Below, in pieces: positions 1-11,324 of a stretch of 29,396 nt of DNA. The notes below the pieces were generated by a model, which worked only from the letters and a program-made list of their open reading frames with translations, was not told the origin of the DNA and made no database searches. The position numbers and the translations under genes are program-made. The DNA comes from Proteromonas lacertae (lineage: Eukaryota): assembly GCA_002245135.1 (NCBI GenBank), contig NGBS01000879.1, positions 186,001-215,396 of the forward strand. The letters are read 5' to 3'. The first letter of the stretch is position 1; every line of letters begins with the position of its first letter.

Positions 1-672
1 ATATAATAATTCAAGAAATCAAAGAAACAGTTCCATTGTTTAATACATATGGAGATTGGAAAGTTCCACCTCCAGTAGTATTGCAATTAGTTAAGAAGCA
101 AATTCCAAGAAAACCCTTAATACCAACAAGTTATTATAAATTAATAGATGAAAATAATGCCACAAGATGGAAATTAGAACCTGATGAAGAATTGCCATTG
201 AAAGTGACATTTGAATAATTAGAAACTGGTAAATTTAACTATTGTTTCCACTTTGAGATAGTTAATAAAGATAAAACGTATGAAGTTCCAATCAGTGGTA
301 TTTGTGATTATCCAAAAATTAATCAAAATCCGAAAGATATATTTATGAAATCAATAAAACAAAAGAATGAACAACAAATAATAAGTAAGAGATAAATAAA
401 GAACAAAAGATATTATGAATTTGGTCAATTATTAATAGGCAAAAACATAAATATGAGAGAAAACAATCCATCTTTAAAAGCTAGTAATTGTGAAACAATT
501 TAATTCAGTAATAATGGAATGTTTTCTGCAACAGTTGATTTGTCAATGCAAAATGATGATGGAATATTCACAATAGAACCAACCCAAATCGATATTGAAG
601 CAGGTGAAACTCAAACAGTAGATACTGGGGCATTTCCAGTAGAAAATATTCAATAAACAAAAGTTGAATGAA
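1..672 (+). pseudogene. HYDIN: HYDIN (axonemal central-pair protein) fragment, central region, with in-frame stops
   Basis: The frame of ORF 36..218 continues through TAA codons (216, 393, ~501, ~651) without frameshift: RWKLEPDEELPLKVTFE*LETGKFNYCFHFEIV...ISGICDYPKINQNPKDIF...YYEFGQLLIGK...FTIEPTQIDIEAGETQTVDTGAFP. This matches my recollection of the HYDIN stretch W-x-V...FNFEI...GIC-x-YP-x-I-x-QDP...YYFGPLLCGK...VWAYP. Confidence 0.8.
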
Positions 673-1446
673 AAGATAGAAGAATTTTTAAATACTGAGA
701 TGTTATTCAAACTACCCATTACTCCATATCCCATATTTATACAATTTATAAACGTATAAGAGACTTTGTTTATGAAAATTCTAGTATATTATGAAGTGAT
801 TGATAATTTCAAAGAGAGTTTAATATTAATTCAAAACTTTAAAGATAATTGAAATAACCAAGACATTTACATTAGATAATATCTTTATAAAGAATTTAGC
901 AAGATTTGAAGATCAATATGATGAGATAGTAGTTGGTGCCCAAGATGAAGCAAAGATTGAAAATATGATATGAGAAAGAAAAGAAATTAAATGAAAAATA
1001 GTAATAAAAAATGAAAGTGGAATAGTGTTGATAATGGTTTTAGAAGAATTATAGTAAAATAAGATGATAATTATTCTTTCTTCTTCTAGAAATATTATTA
1101 CCAAATTGATGAAAAATACATTTTCAATAATCAGAATTTATATAAATAAAAAGAATTATTGGTAAATTGTATTGAATGATTACTATAATAATACAACACA
1201 TATAACAATTGTAATGAATGATTGGTAAATTATTACATTGGTATAATTTAAAATAGTCAAAAGAAAAGAAAAAAGAAGATATATTTTTATATATATTGTT
1301 ACACTTACGTCATAAATAATGAATCATTTTTTTTTGGGGGGGTAAGAGTATTATAAAATAACACAGTAAAATATCTATAAAAGCTATTCTATTACTATAA
1401 TTTCTATAAATATATATCATTCTATCTATTCCTATTATATGAAATA

Positions 1447-1532
1447 TGAGAAATCAAAAGTGTCTCCTAGACAAACGGCGTGAGAAGATTTAGAAATACT
1501 CCGTTTGTCTAGGAGACATTTTTCACTTCTCA
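1447..1532. repeat. Inverted repeat made of two family-A-like TIR cores placed end to end
   Basis: TGTCTCCTAGACAAACGG (1461-1478) and CCGTTTGTCTAGGAGACA (1501-1518) are perfect 18-bp inverted arms with a 22-bp spacer, extendable imperfectly to 1447-1532. The arm resembles the family-A core GTGTCTGGTAGACAAACGG. Confidence 0.8.
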
Positions 1533-1864
1533 ATTTTCTTCTGTGACTTATGTGTATCATTTCATAATCATTGATACTATTACATAAAATAAAAAGCAAC
1601 ACATAAATTATAATTTTGTAAATTATACAAAAGAAGCTAAGTGTTAAAAATCTATTGTAATTGGCTACACACTGAAATGATTGATTTTTATAGAAGGCAC
1701 TGAAATATGAAATACATTAATTTGTTGTAGCTTTGAGATTCATGTCGATTAAAGATTGTATTTCTGTTTATATTGTAGATATTAACTTTGTAACTAAAAA
1801 TATAGATTTTGATGAAAAACATGTGCATATAAAACAAGTGTTTATATCAAAATATTGATTTTCG

Positions 1865-2162
1865 TACAAATAAGGGGGTAAGAAAATTCAAGTTTTTAGT
1901 TACATTTTTTTATTTATATCAACAACAGAAGTGAGTTGTAAGCTAATATTATATATTATTCATGTACTTAATATGTATTAATAGATTATGTAAAACATTT
2001 TGTTACATAGGCTAATTAAGTCATATCGTGACATGTCTATCATATACAAAATGTTAAAATAAAAGTAACAATTTTTCATTAAAAGAAGTGTAATTGTGTA
2101 TTTAGTTTGTTTTGAAAGTGTCTGGTAGACAAACGGCCAACTCTGACAAACGGCGTACAACA
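1865..2162 (-). mobile_element. Right end of a family-A (Ginger-like) TIR element
   Basis: Ends ...GTGTCTGGTAGACAAACGGCCAACTCTGACAAACGGCGTACAACA at 2162. About 2058-2162 is a near-perfect reverse complement of 2977-3080. The subterminal TAAGGGGGTAAGAAAATT (1871) resembles 27361. Confidence 0.8.
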
Positions 2163-2309
2163 ACTATTATACCATTTTGCATATTACTTATACTTTTTAT
2201 CAAGCCATTTCATATTACATATATATAATTGCAAAATAATTATACAAATCTCAAGCCTTTTTAAAGAATTTTTATTCTTTTATTTTACAATGAGCTTATA
2301 TTATGTTGA

Positions 2310-2460
2310 TACAACCTAAATGCATATTCTTACTTATTTTGATGAAAAATTGAAACTTTTATACTTACTTTGTTATATGAAATACATTTATTTTGATTTT
2401 TTTTAATGTTTCATTCACTACTAGAGACTAAAATACATTAACTGAAATGACTAAAATACA
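2310..2460 (+). repeat. Degenerate internal part of a family-A TIR arm lacking the terminus
   Basis: CTAAATGCATATTCTTACTT...TTTTATACTTACTTTGTTATATGA and GACTAAAATACATTAACTGAAATG match 7158-7222 and 7329-7352. Confidence 0.7.
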
Positions 2461-2609
2461 TCTAATACTTAGAATATCCTAAAATTAGTTTAATTTAAGC
2501 ATTAAAGAAAAATATAAATATGATGTCAAGTATATATCAAACTTTTCAAATTTATATCTTATAAAATGTAAGTCTATATATATTTGTTATTTGATATATT
2601 TGTATAACG

Positions 2610-2976
2610 AAGTGTTATTAGAAATAAGAAATGTTGCTGAGCCATCACACGAGCAAAGAGATCAGCCAGTCAGGGAAAAAAGAGTATATGTTAGTGTATC
2701 GCAGACACAGATAGATATTCTGAAGCGTGTATATGCTAAAGAAGGAAGAGAATATTCCTTACAGTCATATCAATCAATTACATGAATTAAACCAAAACGG
2801 TTAGAAGCATCGATTAGACTGCTTAATAAAGGCCAGTGTATTGATAAAAGTTCTGTTAAACGAGGACGTTGCCATAAGTTAACAGAACATGAGTCATTAT
2901 TGCTTTCAAATACTGTAAAAGAAAACAACACTATCAATTTAAATGGTTTAAAAGAAAAAATCTTCACACAAACTGG
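2610..2976 (+). pseudogene. N-terminal HTH region of a Tc1/mariner/IS630-like transposase, truncated by a TIR insertion
   Basis: Reading ORF 2591 through one TGA (2783) gives ...SIT*IKPKRLEASIRLLNKGQCIDKSSVKRGRCHKLTEHESLLLSNTVKENNTINLNGLKEKIFTQTGV, with an RGR-x-x-KLT linker and a second HTH. It stops exactly where TGTTG begins (2977). Confidence 0.65.
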
Positions 2977-3470
2977 TGTTGTGTGCCGTTTGTCAGAGTT
3001 GGCCGTTTGTATACCAGACACTTTCAAAACAAACTAAATACACAATTACACTTCTTTTAATGAAAAATTGTTACTTTTATACTTACTTTGTCATATAACC
3101 TACATCTATGAGTAACTATTAATTGTCATAATATTGAATAAAAACTATCAAAATATATTCTAGAAATTATGTATATTCCAAATTTTATGTATTTATTGAC
3201 ATATAATGTCTAAATGAGAAGTGTCAGTTACACAGGAATTAAGAATTATACCCCTTCTGACTTCATTTTTAATTTAAAATTTCATTTTCTTCAACTTTTT
3301 TGTTTGTATGTTTTTTTTGATTCAGTCAAAGAGAAAAAATGAATTTCAGCAGACACTTTGAAGAATGTTATTAAATTCTATCAAGATAAGAAGATATTTC
3401 AAAAAAGAAAAATCAAGCTTGTCAAACTTGACAGTTTATTTTATATTTCAGAAAATCAAAATGTAAGTAC
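2977..3470 (+). mobile_element. Left end of a family-A (Ginger-like) TIR element
   Basis: Starts TGTTGTGTGCCGTTTGTCAGAGTTGGCCGTTTGT. Has a subterminal AAGAATT-x3-CCCCTTCTGAC-x-TCATTT (3241-3270, also at ~20299-20327) and AAAATGTAAGT at 3458-3468 (also at 20748-20758). I found no matching right end with a target duplication. Confidence 0.8.
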
Positions 3471-3490
3471 TATATATATATATATATATA

Positions 3491-3535
<45 letters not shown>
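3471..3535. repeat. Compound microsatellite (TA)n(TTA)n
   Basis: Directly visible. It generates the spurious IYIY/poly-Leu ORF 3358..3618. Confidence 0.95.
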
Positions 3536-3624
3536 CAAAATACTTACTTTATATTATTTATAAGCTGTATAATACTATCATGTACAGCGAAAGGTATAGA
3601 AGCATCATTATTTTATGAACATAA

Positions 3625-5150
3625 AGTAGATGTAATTGATTTTGGTGATAAATTTATTAACAGATAAGCTGAAAGCGCATTTTAATAGAAAATCGAGGTT
3701 TAAGAAGTCAAAGATTAACTAGGCCCAATTATGGAGTAGAAAAAATAATATATCAAATATACAGCAGAATAGTGTTGATTTAGACTTTAGGAGAAAAAAT
3801 GTATTAATTAGAAGAAAAAAAGCTCAAGCTCAAGATTTAGATATTGGTTGAAGTACTCAAATAATATCAATGGATCCTGCTTATTTATCATTAGATATTG
3901 GTTGAAGTATCACTTACAAATGAAGGATCAATTAAACCAAATGTAATATTTACTCCACCAAGGTGAATTAGATATAGAAGAAAGTGTAACAATCGAAGTA
4001 TCTTATACAAGTTCAACTCTTGGTGAATTTAATGATCATTTTGAATTTGCATTAAAAGGAGCAACTAATAATGTGGTATTAACAATAAAAGGACATGTAG
4101 TTGGTCCAACATTCTTCTTTAATAAGAATAAACTAGATTTTGGTATTGTAAGTTATGCATTTTTAAACTCAACTGATTTGATATTAAGAAATACTTCCTC
4201 TGTTCCATTTATAATCAATTTACGAGTTCCTCAAGATGGTAATTACTTAAACAAAGAATTCGAAATAATTCGAGCAGTAGCAACAGTATTACCAGAAGGA
4301 GAAGAAAAAATCAAAATCAATTTCATATCTCAAACAATAAAAGTATATGATTATTGTTTAGCAATTGATATTGAAAGTGTAGGTGAAGCTTTATTAACAA
4401 TTCCAATAAGTGCTGAATGTCGAGTAGCTGAAGTAGAATTATTAGAAGAATCATTGAAATATGGAGATTGTTATTTAAGATATACTTATTATCGAACTTT
4501 AACATTAAAGAATAAATCCAATTTATATGCTCAATTTGAAAACAGAACAAGATAAAAGAAGTAAATCGATTGGTAGTTATTTCCCTGATCCAGTTAAAGG
4601 TGTAATTGGACCAATGGCAACTCAAATGATTAAAGTTTAATTAAATCCTGAGAAATTAGGTGATATGAGAATTCCATTATATATTCAAATAATTGGCAGT
4701 CAATATCCTCCATTGGTATTAGTATTAGAAGCAAATGGACTTGGACCAGTGATAAAGTCAAATTTAAATCATATAAAATTTGGTGATATAACTTGTTTAG
4801 ATACTCATACAAAAGAATTTACAATAACTAATCCAACTTCAATTCCAGCTTTTTATAAATTAGATTTTGAACGAGGATTTTATTTTAATACTGATATAGT
4901 TGATGGTATATTACAAAGTAAAGAATCTCAAAAGATAGTAGTTAGTTGCATGTTGGAAGATGTATTAGCTTATAAAGATACAATATACATAGCAGCAACT
5001 GAAGGAGATAGTGCAATTCTTCCAGTTACAGCTAAATGTTTAATAACAACAATATTTTGAGAAGATCCAGTAGATGTAATTGATTTTGGTGATCAATTCA
5101 CAAACAGAACAATCGAAAGAGTATTTTTATTAGAAAATCGATGTTTAAGA
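3625..5150 (+). pseudogene. HYDIN: HYDIN fragments, N-terminal ASH/Ig-like repeat region, rearranged and disabled
   Basis: LTIKGHVVGPTFFFNKNKLDFGIVSYAF...LRNTSSVPFIINLRVPQDG...YCLAIDIESVGEALLTIPISAEC...YGDCYLRY...GSQYPPL...GLGPVI...FGDITCL...IDFGDQFT are recognisable HYDIN motifs. Broken by a frameshift near 4540, a TAA near 4638 and TGA 5058. 3625-3745 is a second diverged copy of the 3' part. Confidence 0.85.
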
Positions 5151-5582
5151 TATAAGTGTAACAATCGATTCCTTCTATTATTATCGAATCTAAGATAATA
5201 ATTCATATATAATTCTGCTAATAATTCTTTCCCTTGTTTCTTCGTTGTATTGTCATTACATTTTAATTAACCAGCCATCATTAATAGAAATTTTAAAGCT
5301 GTTCAACCAAAATCATAATGACATTATCAATTCCATATATTCATAAACATATATAAATGTACCAGTACAAATTATCCCAAACAAACTCTGTTTCATTTAA
5401 TGTAACTTCTTTTATTGTAAATATTATCTCAGTATTAACTAATTCTCTCTTTTCATTTAATTTTTATGTTTGAATTTGAATTTATATAATTCATCTATAG
5501 AAATTTCTTCATTGGTTGGAGATTTTGAAAGATTCCATAAATTCTTTAAAAATAACACAAATACTCAAAATACAATATATAG

Positions 5583-7100
5583 TATATAAATGGGACTCTG
5601 GCACAATGTCATAGAGTTCTAATGAGTGTTCTAGGAGTCAGTCCCCTTCTAGATTCAGAGTTTGTACCAGGGTCCCATTTACGTAAGGTTACTACGGGAT
5701 TCCTGTAAGCTATTTCTATACCTACCTATACCTATCTATGAGACGATCTCCTACTGTTACTCCTGGAAGCTATCTAGAAGTGTTGGTTACCTCGAGGTGA
5801 TGATTCTAATCACACTCTTGACTATCCTTGCTACGCTGGTGACCTTGTAAGGGCTTTTAATTGAACCGTGGAAACTCATCGTGGAACCGGGACTTTACAA
5901 TTGTTAACAAGTTACCAAATGGTAACTCTGGGAGGTTCTAGCTAGTTGTGGATTTCTCAAGGGACTTGAAGATAATGATTAGCAGTCTCGGAAGGCTTCT
6001 GAAGGTATGTTTTTCTTACAATGACTAGGAACAACCCGACAACTACAAGAGACTAACAAGACTGAGAATTACTTAGCCGATGATAAATTAACTAGTGCGT
6101 CTAGAGCATCTTCCATTACCTGGTGATTGCTTAGCTCAGAGAATCGTCTATCGATGTATTGCTTTAGCTGAGTTATGTTGAATTGCAAGGAGCAGGAGAA
6201 TTGAAGGAGGTCCAATACATGAAGTAGATAATTACGAAGGCTAGCTGCTAGTTCAATTCCCTTGTAATATTGCGGGTCACTGAGGATAGGTATATCAAAG
6301 ATAGCACTTACTGATTGTTTCACTTGATCGTAGAAGCTGCCAGTCACACCCTCAATGGATTCAATTACTTGCTTCAACAGTTCCTCAGCCATGTCTCCTT
6401 CGGGAATCAACATATTATGCAGTTGCAGTATTTCTTCTTTCTCAAGGAACTCAAAGATGTCCTTGTAGTCATCTATAGGATCTAGCTTCTCCAAGGTATC
6501 CTCGATTTCTTGGAGAATACATGATAGGAATGAACTAGTACCATGGCAGATATTTCTATTTGCATCCTTCAATTCCTTAAAGCACTCTTCTACCATCCTA
6601 CAGCCTAACAACTCAGGGTTATGTTCAGCTAAGTATGGATGATGCTTGTAAAGCTCCTTCTTATACTCCGGGAATTTCTTCTCTCTCAAATCCTCCAGGG
6701 AGCGTTCAAATTCATGTTGAGAGTGAAGGAATAAATCTTTCACTCTTCTGTAAGTACCGAAGTTAACAAATCCATCCTCATCCTTTGGAGTGTCCAAGAA
6801 ACAATTCAAGACCCTTTCAATAACTTCAGCAGCTTCATTGATGTACTCAGTAAATGGTGCAGTAACAGACTGCGGGTGTGTCTGAAGCTAAGTTAAGTTC
6901 ATTTCCCTTCCTTTGATAGACAAGTATATGGAGGTTTGTTTACCGAACCAATGATATCTAGCATCTTGCTTCTCATGCTTTGAAGGTATTAATTCCATCT
7001 CATGGAGTTCATCCAGAACATCCTCCCAGCCACGAAAGGGACGGACCCCTAGAAAACTCGTTAGGACCCTGATACTTTGTGCTAGGGTCCCATTTATATA
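5583..7100. mobile_element. GC-richer unit bounded by 67-bp imperfect inverted repeats (unclassified)
   Basis: 5583-5649 aligns without gaps to the reverse complement of 7034-7100 (54/67 identical by hand), both starting TATATAAATGGGAC. Base composition is visibly less AT-rich than the flanks. Confidence 0.6.
6069..7100 (-). pseudogene. Unknown, probably helical protein (~340 codons) interrupted by one TAG
   Basis: ORFs 6888..7145 and 6069..6809 are in the same frame, separated only by TAG at 6888-6890 and 26 sense codons (MNLT*LQTHPQSVTAPFTEYINEAAEVIERVLNCF). No family recognised. Confidence 0.5.
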
Positions 7101-7736
7101 TGTTGTGCGCCGTTTGTCATAGTTGGCCGTTTGTCTACCAGACACTTTTAAAACAAACTAAATGTATATTCTTACTTGTCTTAATGAAATATTGTTACTT
7201 TTATACTTACTTTGTTATATGACCTACCTCTGCAGTATACTTTTTGTTAATATAAATAGTTTGAATATTTGCGCCGTTTGTTTTCTAGAATTATTTGAAG
7301 CAAACTAAATGCATATTTAGCTAATATAGACTAAAATACATTAGCTGAAATGTTAAGAACAACTTAATGTTGATCATAAGACATTTAAAATGAAAAAAGA
7401 AAATATAGAATCAAGCCTCACTCAAGCCTATTTTTTACATTTCTTTTTTTTTATATAAAGATTTAATAATTATTATATTCTAATTATTTCAGCTAATGTA
7501 TTTTAGTCTATATTAGCTAAATATACATTTAGTTTGCTTCAAAAATTTCTAGAAAACAAACGGCGCAAATATTCAAACTATTTATATTAACAAAAAGTAT
7601 ACTGCAGAGGTAGGTCATATAACAAAGTAAGTATAAAAGTAACAATTTTTTATCAAGACAAGTAAGAATATACATTTAGTTTGTTTTAAAAGTGTCTGGT
7701 AGACAAACGGCCAACTATGACAAACGGCGCGCAACA
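7101..7736. mobile_element. Non-autonomous TIR element (MITE), family A, Ginger-like termini
   Basis: 251-bp near-perfect TIRs (7101-7351 / 7486-7736), termini TGTTGTGCGCCG...CGGCGCGCAACA, 134-bp non-coding spacer. No clear target duplication (TATA vs AGTC). Confidence 0.92.
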
Positions 7737-8277
7737 AGTCCGGTTAGTTCAATTTTTCTTGCACTTAAGGTATCTGTTACTCTACTTTGTAGCGAACTGT
7801 TAATTCATCTCTATTCAATATATTCTTTGGAGTTTGGATCTCTAATGTGGTTGCTGATGGTCTTGATTGATGGTTCAGATATAAGGACACATAACTACAA
7901 AACCCTCCCAATATTGCTAATGATGACTTTCAATGCCTTTGAAAAATCCACAACTAGCTAGAACATCTCAGAATTACAATTTGGTGGTTTTATCGATGTA
8001 GTTCTTTTTATAAACTATCTATATTAATATTCTTTTTATGCATATTTGATATAAAATAATCTCTTTTATACTTATTTAAAAAGAACAGCATAACTACAAA
8101 AAACAAAAAACTTATAGAAACAAATATTTATGTCGATATAAACGGGTTTGAGTGTAAATTCAAGTATCATTCAAGCATAATATATATTATCTAAAAAGAT
8201 TTTACATTTTATATTTATACTACAACAATAATTCCATTACATATACATTCACAATTACTATAGAAGAGAATGACATT

Positions 8278-9117
8278 CTAAAACATATAACATGCAGAAT
8301 CTTTTATATAGAAACCAAGTTCCTTTTTAAATAATGCAACTTTATACCCTTTTACAACAATTCTTGATATAAAATCTAAATCCTCTGTTGAATAAAGCGA
8401 TTCATTGTAAAGAATATATTTCATTATATCTCTTTTTATTGAAGGCCAACCATTTGTTATATAGAATCTATTTGACACATCACACATATATATTCTACCA
8501 TTATTATAAAATGTATTCCTACATCTTTCTGTAATTTTATTATATTGATTAATAACAGCATATTTTTTATATTCTTTTGTAAGATTAACTGAATCAAGCA
8601 AGCTATAGTTTCTTATTGAAGGATGAAATACTACATCAATCTTTGAATTTTCATAGAATATTTTATGAATTATGTATAGTCTGTATATTGACATTATATC
8701 GTCAATATCAAAAAATGAAAGTATTTGACATTGTGAATGGAAATATCCAAAGTTTCGGTTTGACGCAGCATTATACTTATTATATCTAAGCAGAATTACT
8801 AATTTCTGTGTGCATTTTTTTAATTCTTTTGATTTTTGTTTATAGTATTTTGATAAATTAGCATTAACTCCTGACAATACAATAATTATTTCTTCCGGAT
8901 ATTGTATAGAATTGCATATACTTCTTTTTAAAGTATTAAAACATCTTTCATAGTCTTCATAAGTTGAAGGTATTATTAGTGATATACAAAATGGATGTAT
9001 ATTAGATATTAAGTAAATATACTTTTCACATATAATTAATAATATAAATGAAAAGATAATAATAATTAATTTGTTTAAATCTATTTGTATATGTTGTTGA
9101 ATATTATAAATTTGCAA
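8278..9117 (-). CDS. GT2-like (GT-A fold) glycosyltransferase, type II membrane protein; true start unresolved
   Basis: Hydrophobic N-terminal anchor, ISLIIP, EIIIV, AASNRNFG, SFFDIDD (DxD), EDLDF. The ORF opens on TTG and no in-frame ATG precedes the anchor. Confidence 0.8.
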   Translation of the reverse strand: MQIYNIQQHIQIDLNKLIIIIFSFILLIICEKYIYLISNIHPFCISLIIPSTYEDYERCFNTLKRSICNSIQYPEEIIIVLSGVNANLSKYYKQKSKELKKCTQKLVILLRYNKYNAASNRNFGYFHSQCQILSFFDIDDIMSIYRLYIIHKIFYENSKIDVVFHPSIRNYSLLDSVNLTKEYKKYAVINQYNKITERCRNTFYNNGRIYMCDVSNRFYITNGWPSIKRDIMKYILYNESLYSTEDLDFISRIVVKGYKVALFKKELGFYIKDSACYMF

Positions 9118-9330
9118 CTACTGGTTATTAAAACATTAAGATGGCATTCTAATCTAATTACTTTAAATTGATTTGAATTATATGTTTACCTTGGAGTTGC
9201 ATCAGTTCCATTATCTAGCGAGGTGTAATTCATGCCTGGATGAAGTAAGTGTGTTGTATATTGATATGAGTTCTCTTACTTTGAACTTATTTGAAATGGG
9301 GTTATAATACATATAAATACTACATTTTTA

Positions 9331-10197
9331 ATGAAATTCAAAATATTTGCAAAGTATTTTTTAGTTATGATAATTATTTCTGTTTATTATAGTATTAATA
9401 TATACAAAGTTTTAAGAAATAATTTATTATATTCATGCATAGTAATTAGAGTAAAAGATGCAACGACTGAGCAACTTGAAAGGTATATACAATGGAAAAA
9501 ATCTTTTCCTAAAGAATATGACTTCTTTGTCCTTTCAATGACTAAAATAAATGCAAATATTCTAAAAACCTCTGGTGTAATTAATATAGTAGTACCATTC
9601 AATGAAATATTGAAAAAATATCCAAATATTACTCGATTAAATGGTAATTGTTCTAGTTTTAAATCTTCAAGATTACTTTCGTGGATTTCTCATTCCGAAT
9701 CATTAACTATTCTGTACTCAAAATTTAAAAAAAGATATGATTATATATGGATTATAGAACAAGATGTTGGTTTTACCGGAAGATTATATGATTTTATTAG
9801 TTTATATAGCAACTGTACGAAAGATTTTATAACAATAAATGTAGGAAAAATAACACCCAATTGGGTATGGTTTAATTGCGCTACAAATGAATATTTATAT
9901 AGAAGAAATACCATCTTTAAGAATAATTATGGCTACGCAAATAGAGAATATGTTCAAAGATGGTCTAAGTTATATTTGAAATATATGATACATGATTTGC
10001 AAAATAGTTATCATTCGCAAACTGAAACAAGTACTATCGAAACAGCTATGTATTACAATCTTTCATATGAAGTAATATCCAAAGTGTATATAGGTTCTCC
10101 TTTCTCTGCTGGTAAAACATTGACAAAAGAAAAATGGTATAATATAATACATACTAAAATAAATCACAATAAATTCTTTCACCCTTTGAAATTTTAA
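9331..10197 (+). CDS. Putative glycosyltransferase-like type II membrane protein
   Basis: 288-aa ATG-to-TAA ORF with an N-terminal anchor, YDYIWIIEQDVGFTG (ExD motif after a beta strand) and terminal FHPLK. Confidence 0.6.
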   Translation: MKFKIFAKYFLVMIIISVYYSINIYKVLRNNLLYSCIVIRVKDATTEQLERYIQWKKSFPKEYDFFVLSMTKINANILKTSGVINIVVPFNEILKKYPNITRLNGNCSSFKSSRLLSWISHSESLTILYSKFKKRYDYIWIIEQDVGFTGRLYDFISLYSNCTKDFITINVGKITPNWVWFNCATNEYLYRRNTIFKNNYGYANREYVQRWSKLYLKYMIHDLQNSYHSQTETSTIETAMYYNLSYEVISKVYIGSPFSAGKTLTKEKWYNIIHTKINHNKFFHPLKF

Positions 10198-10271
10198 TGG
10201 ATAAAATGACTTTTCAAAAAGAAAAAATTCAGACATTAATCAGAATAAATCGTATAAATATTATAAAAATA

Positions 10272-11288
10272 TCAACGTTCTGTATAAAAATATAAATAAT
10301 TTTTATATAAAATGGTTGAACTAAAATTATTTTTAACTGCTTTTATAGCTCTATCATATTGATGAATAATTGATGGTATAGACGAGTCTAAATTAAGAAT
10401 TACATTTTTAACTGGTAAACAACATATATTTGAATCAAATAACCATAAAGCTAATGTTCTAACAGGTGAATGAGATGAGTTAAGTATGTATATAGGATAC
10501 TTAAATGAATGTGTATTCCATATATATGTATTTAACCCACCTTGATCATTTTCATTACAGTTAAAAGAACATATATACTTTAAAAAATCAACAAGAAATG
10601 CTAATATATCAGGATAAGTACCAAATATTATTCCTCCATTAAGTACATTGCTTTTATATATTTTTGAAGTAGGTCTATAATTTTTAACATATAATGTATT
10701 TGATTTATCTCCGCCTATTTTTCTTCGAGGATGTTCTTCCACCAAATATACTCCTTTTTTAATATTCCAATTGAATGGATTTAATTGAAATAAAACATCT
10801 CTAATATCTGTTAATAATATATATTTAAATCTATATCCATAGAATCTAATGAATAACTTCATAATGAAATATCTATAGGTAAAGAACGATATACTATTAT
10901 ATAAAAACAGATATTTTATAATATTCGACCTAGATATTGGAAAGGATTTATCATTATATGGATAAAATGGATATGTCTTATTAAGTATTATTAAATGTAT
11001 ATGATATGATAGAAATGATTTATTAATTATATCAATATTAGAAAATGTAAAAAGAATTAAATTTCCTGAATATTTTGTTTTGTTTAATGACAAAATAAAA
11101 TTTTGAATTTTTGAGAAATTGTAATTTAGCGCAAAAGACATGATTAGTTGTTCATTACTATGAATATACGTATTTGTGATGCTATTATAATTATAGTATA
11201 ATAAATGATAATCAGTATAATAGATAATAATATTGACATCATAAAATATAATAATTAAAAATAGAGTAAAAATTAATTCCAAAATCAT
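10272..11288 (-). CDS. Putative GT-A fold glycosyltransferase, type II membrane protein
   Basis: First ATG gives MILELIF... plus anchor. Motifs ILLTDIRDVLFQLNPF, LNGGIIFG, NDQGGLN, IIHQYDR. Confidence 0.75.
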   Translation of the reverse strand: MILELIFTLFLIIIFYDVNIIIYYTDYHLLYYNYNSITNTYIHSNEQLIMSFALNYNFSKIQNFILSLNKTKYSGNLILFTFSNIDIINKSFLSYHIHLIILNKTYPFYPYNDKSFPISRSNIIKYLFLYNSISFFTYRYFIMKLFIRFYGYRFKYILLTDIRDVLFQLNPFNWNIKKGVYLVEEHPRRKIGGDKSNTLYVKNYRPTSKIYKSNVLNGGIIFGTYPDILAFLVDFLKYICSFNCNENDQGGLNTYIWNTHSFKYPIYILNSSHSPVRTLALWLFDSNICCLPVKNVILNLDSSIPSIIHQYDRAIKAVKNNFSSTILYKNYLYFYTER

Positions 11289-11324
11289 GCATTTATTATT
11301 AAACACATTAATATATGTTAATAT

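Noticed and set aside
3358..3618. 86-aa ORF with poly-Leu
   Set aside because: It is produced by the (TA)n(TTA)n microsatellite.
1..5150. Stop-codon reassignment (TAA/TAG = Gln) suggested by in-frame TAAs in HYDIN
   Set aside because: Intact cluster genes have no internal TAA/TAG and end in TAA, TAG or TGA. The HYDIN pieces also contain TGA and frameshifts.
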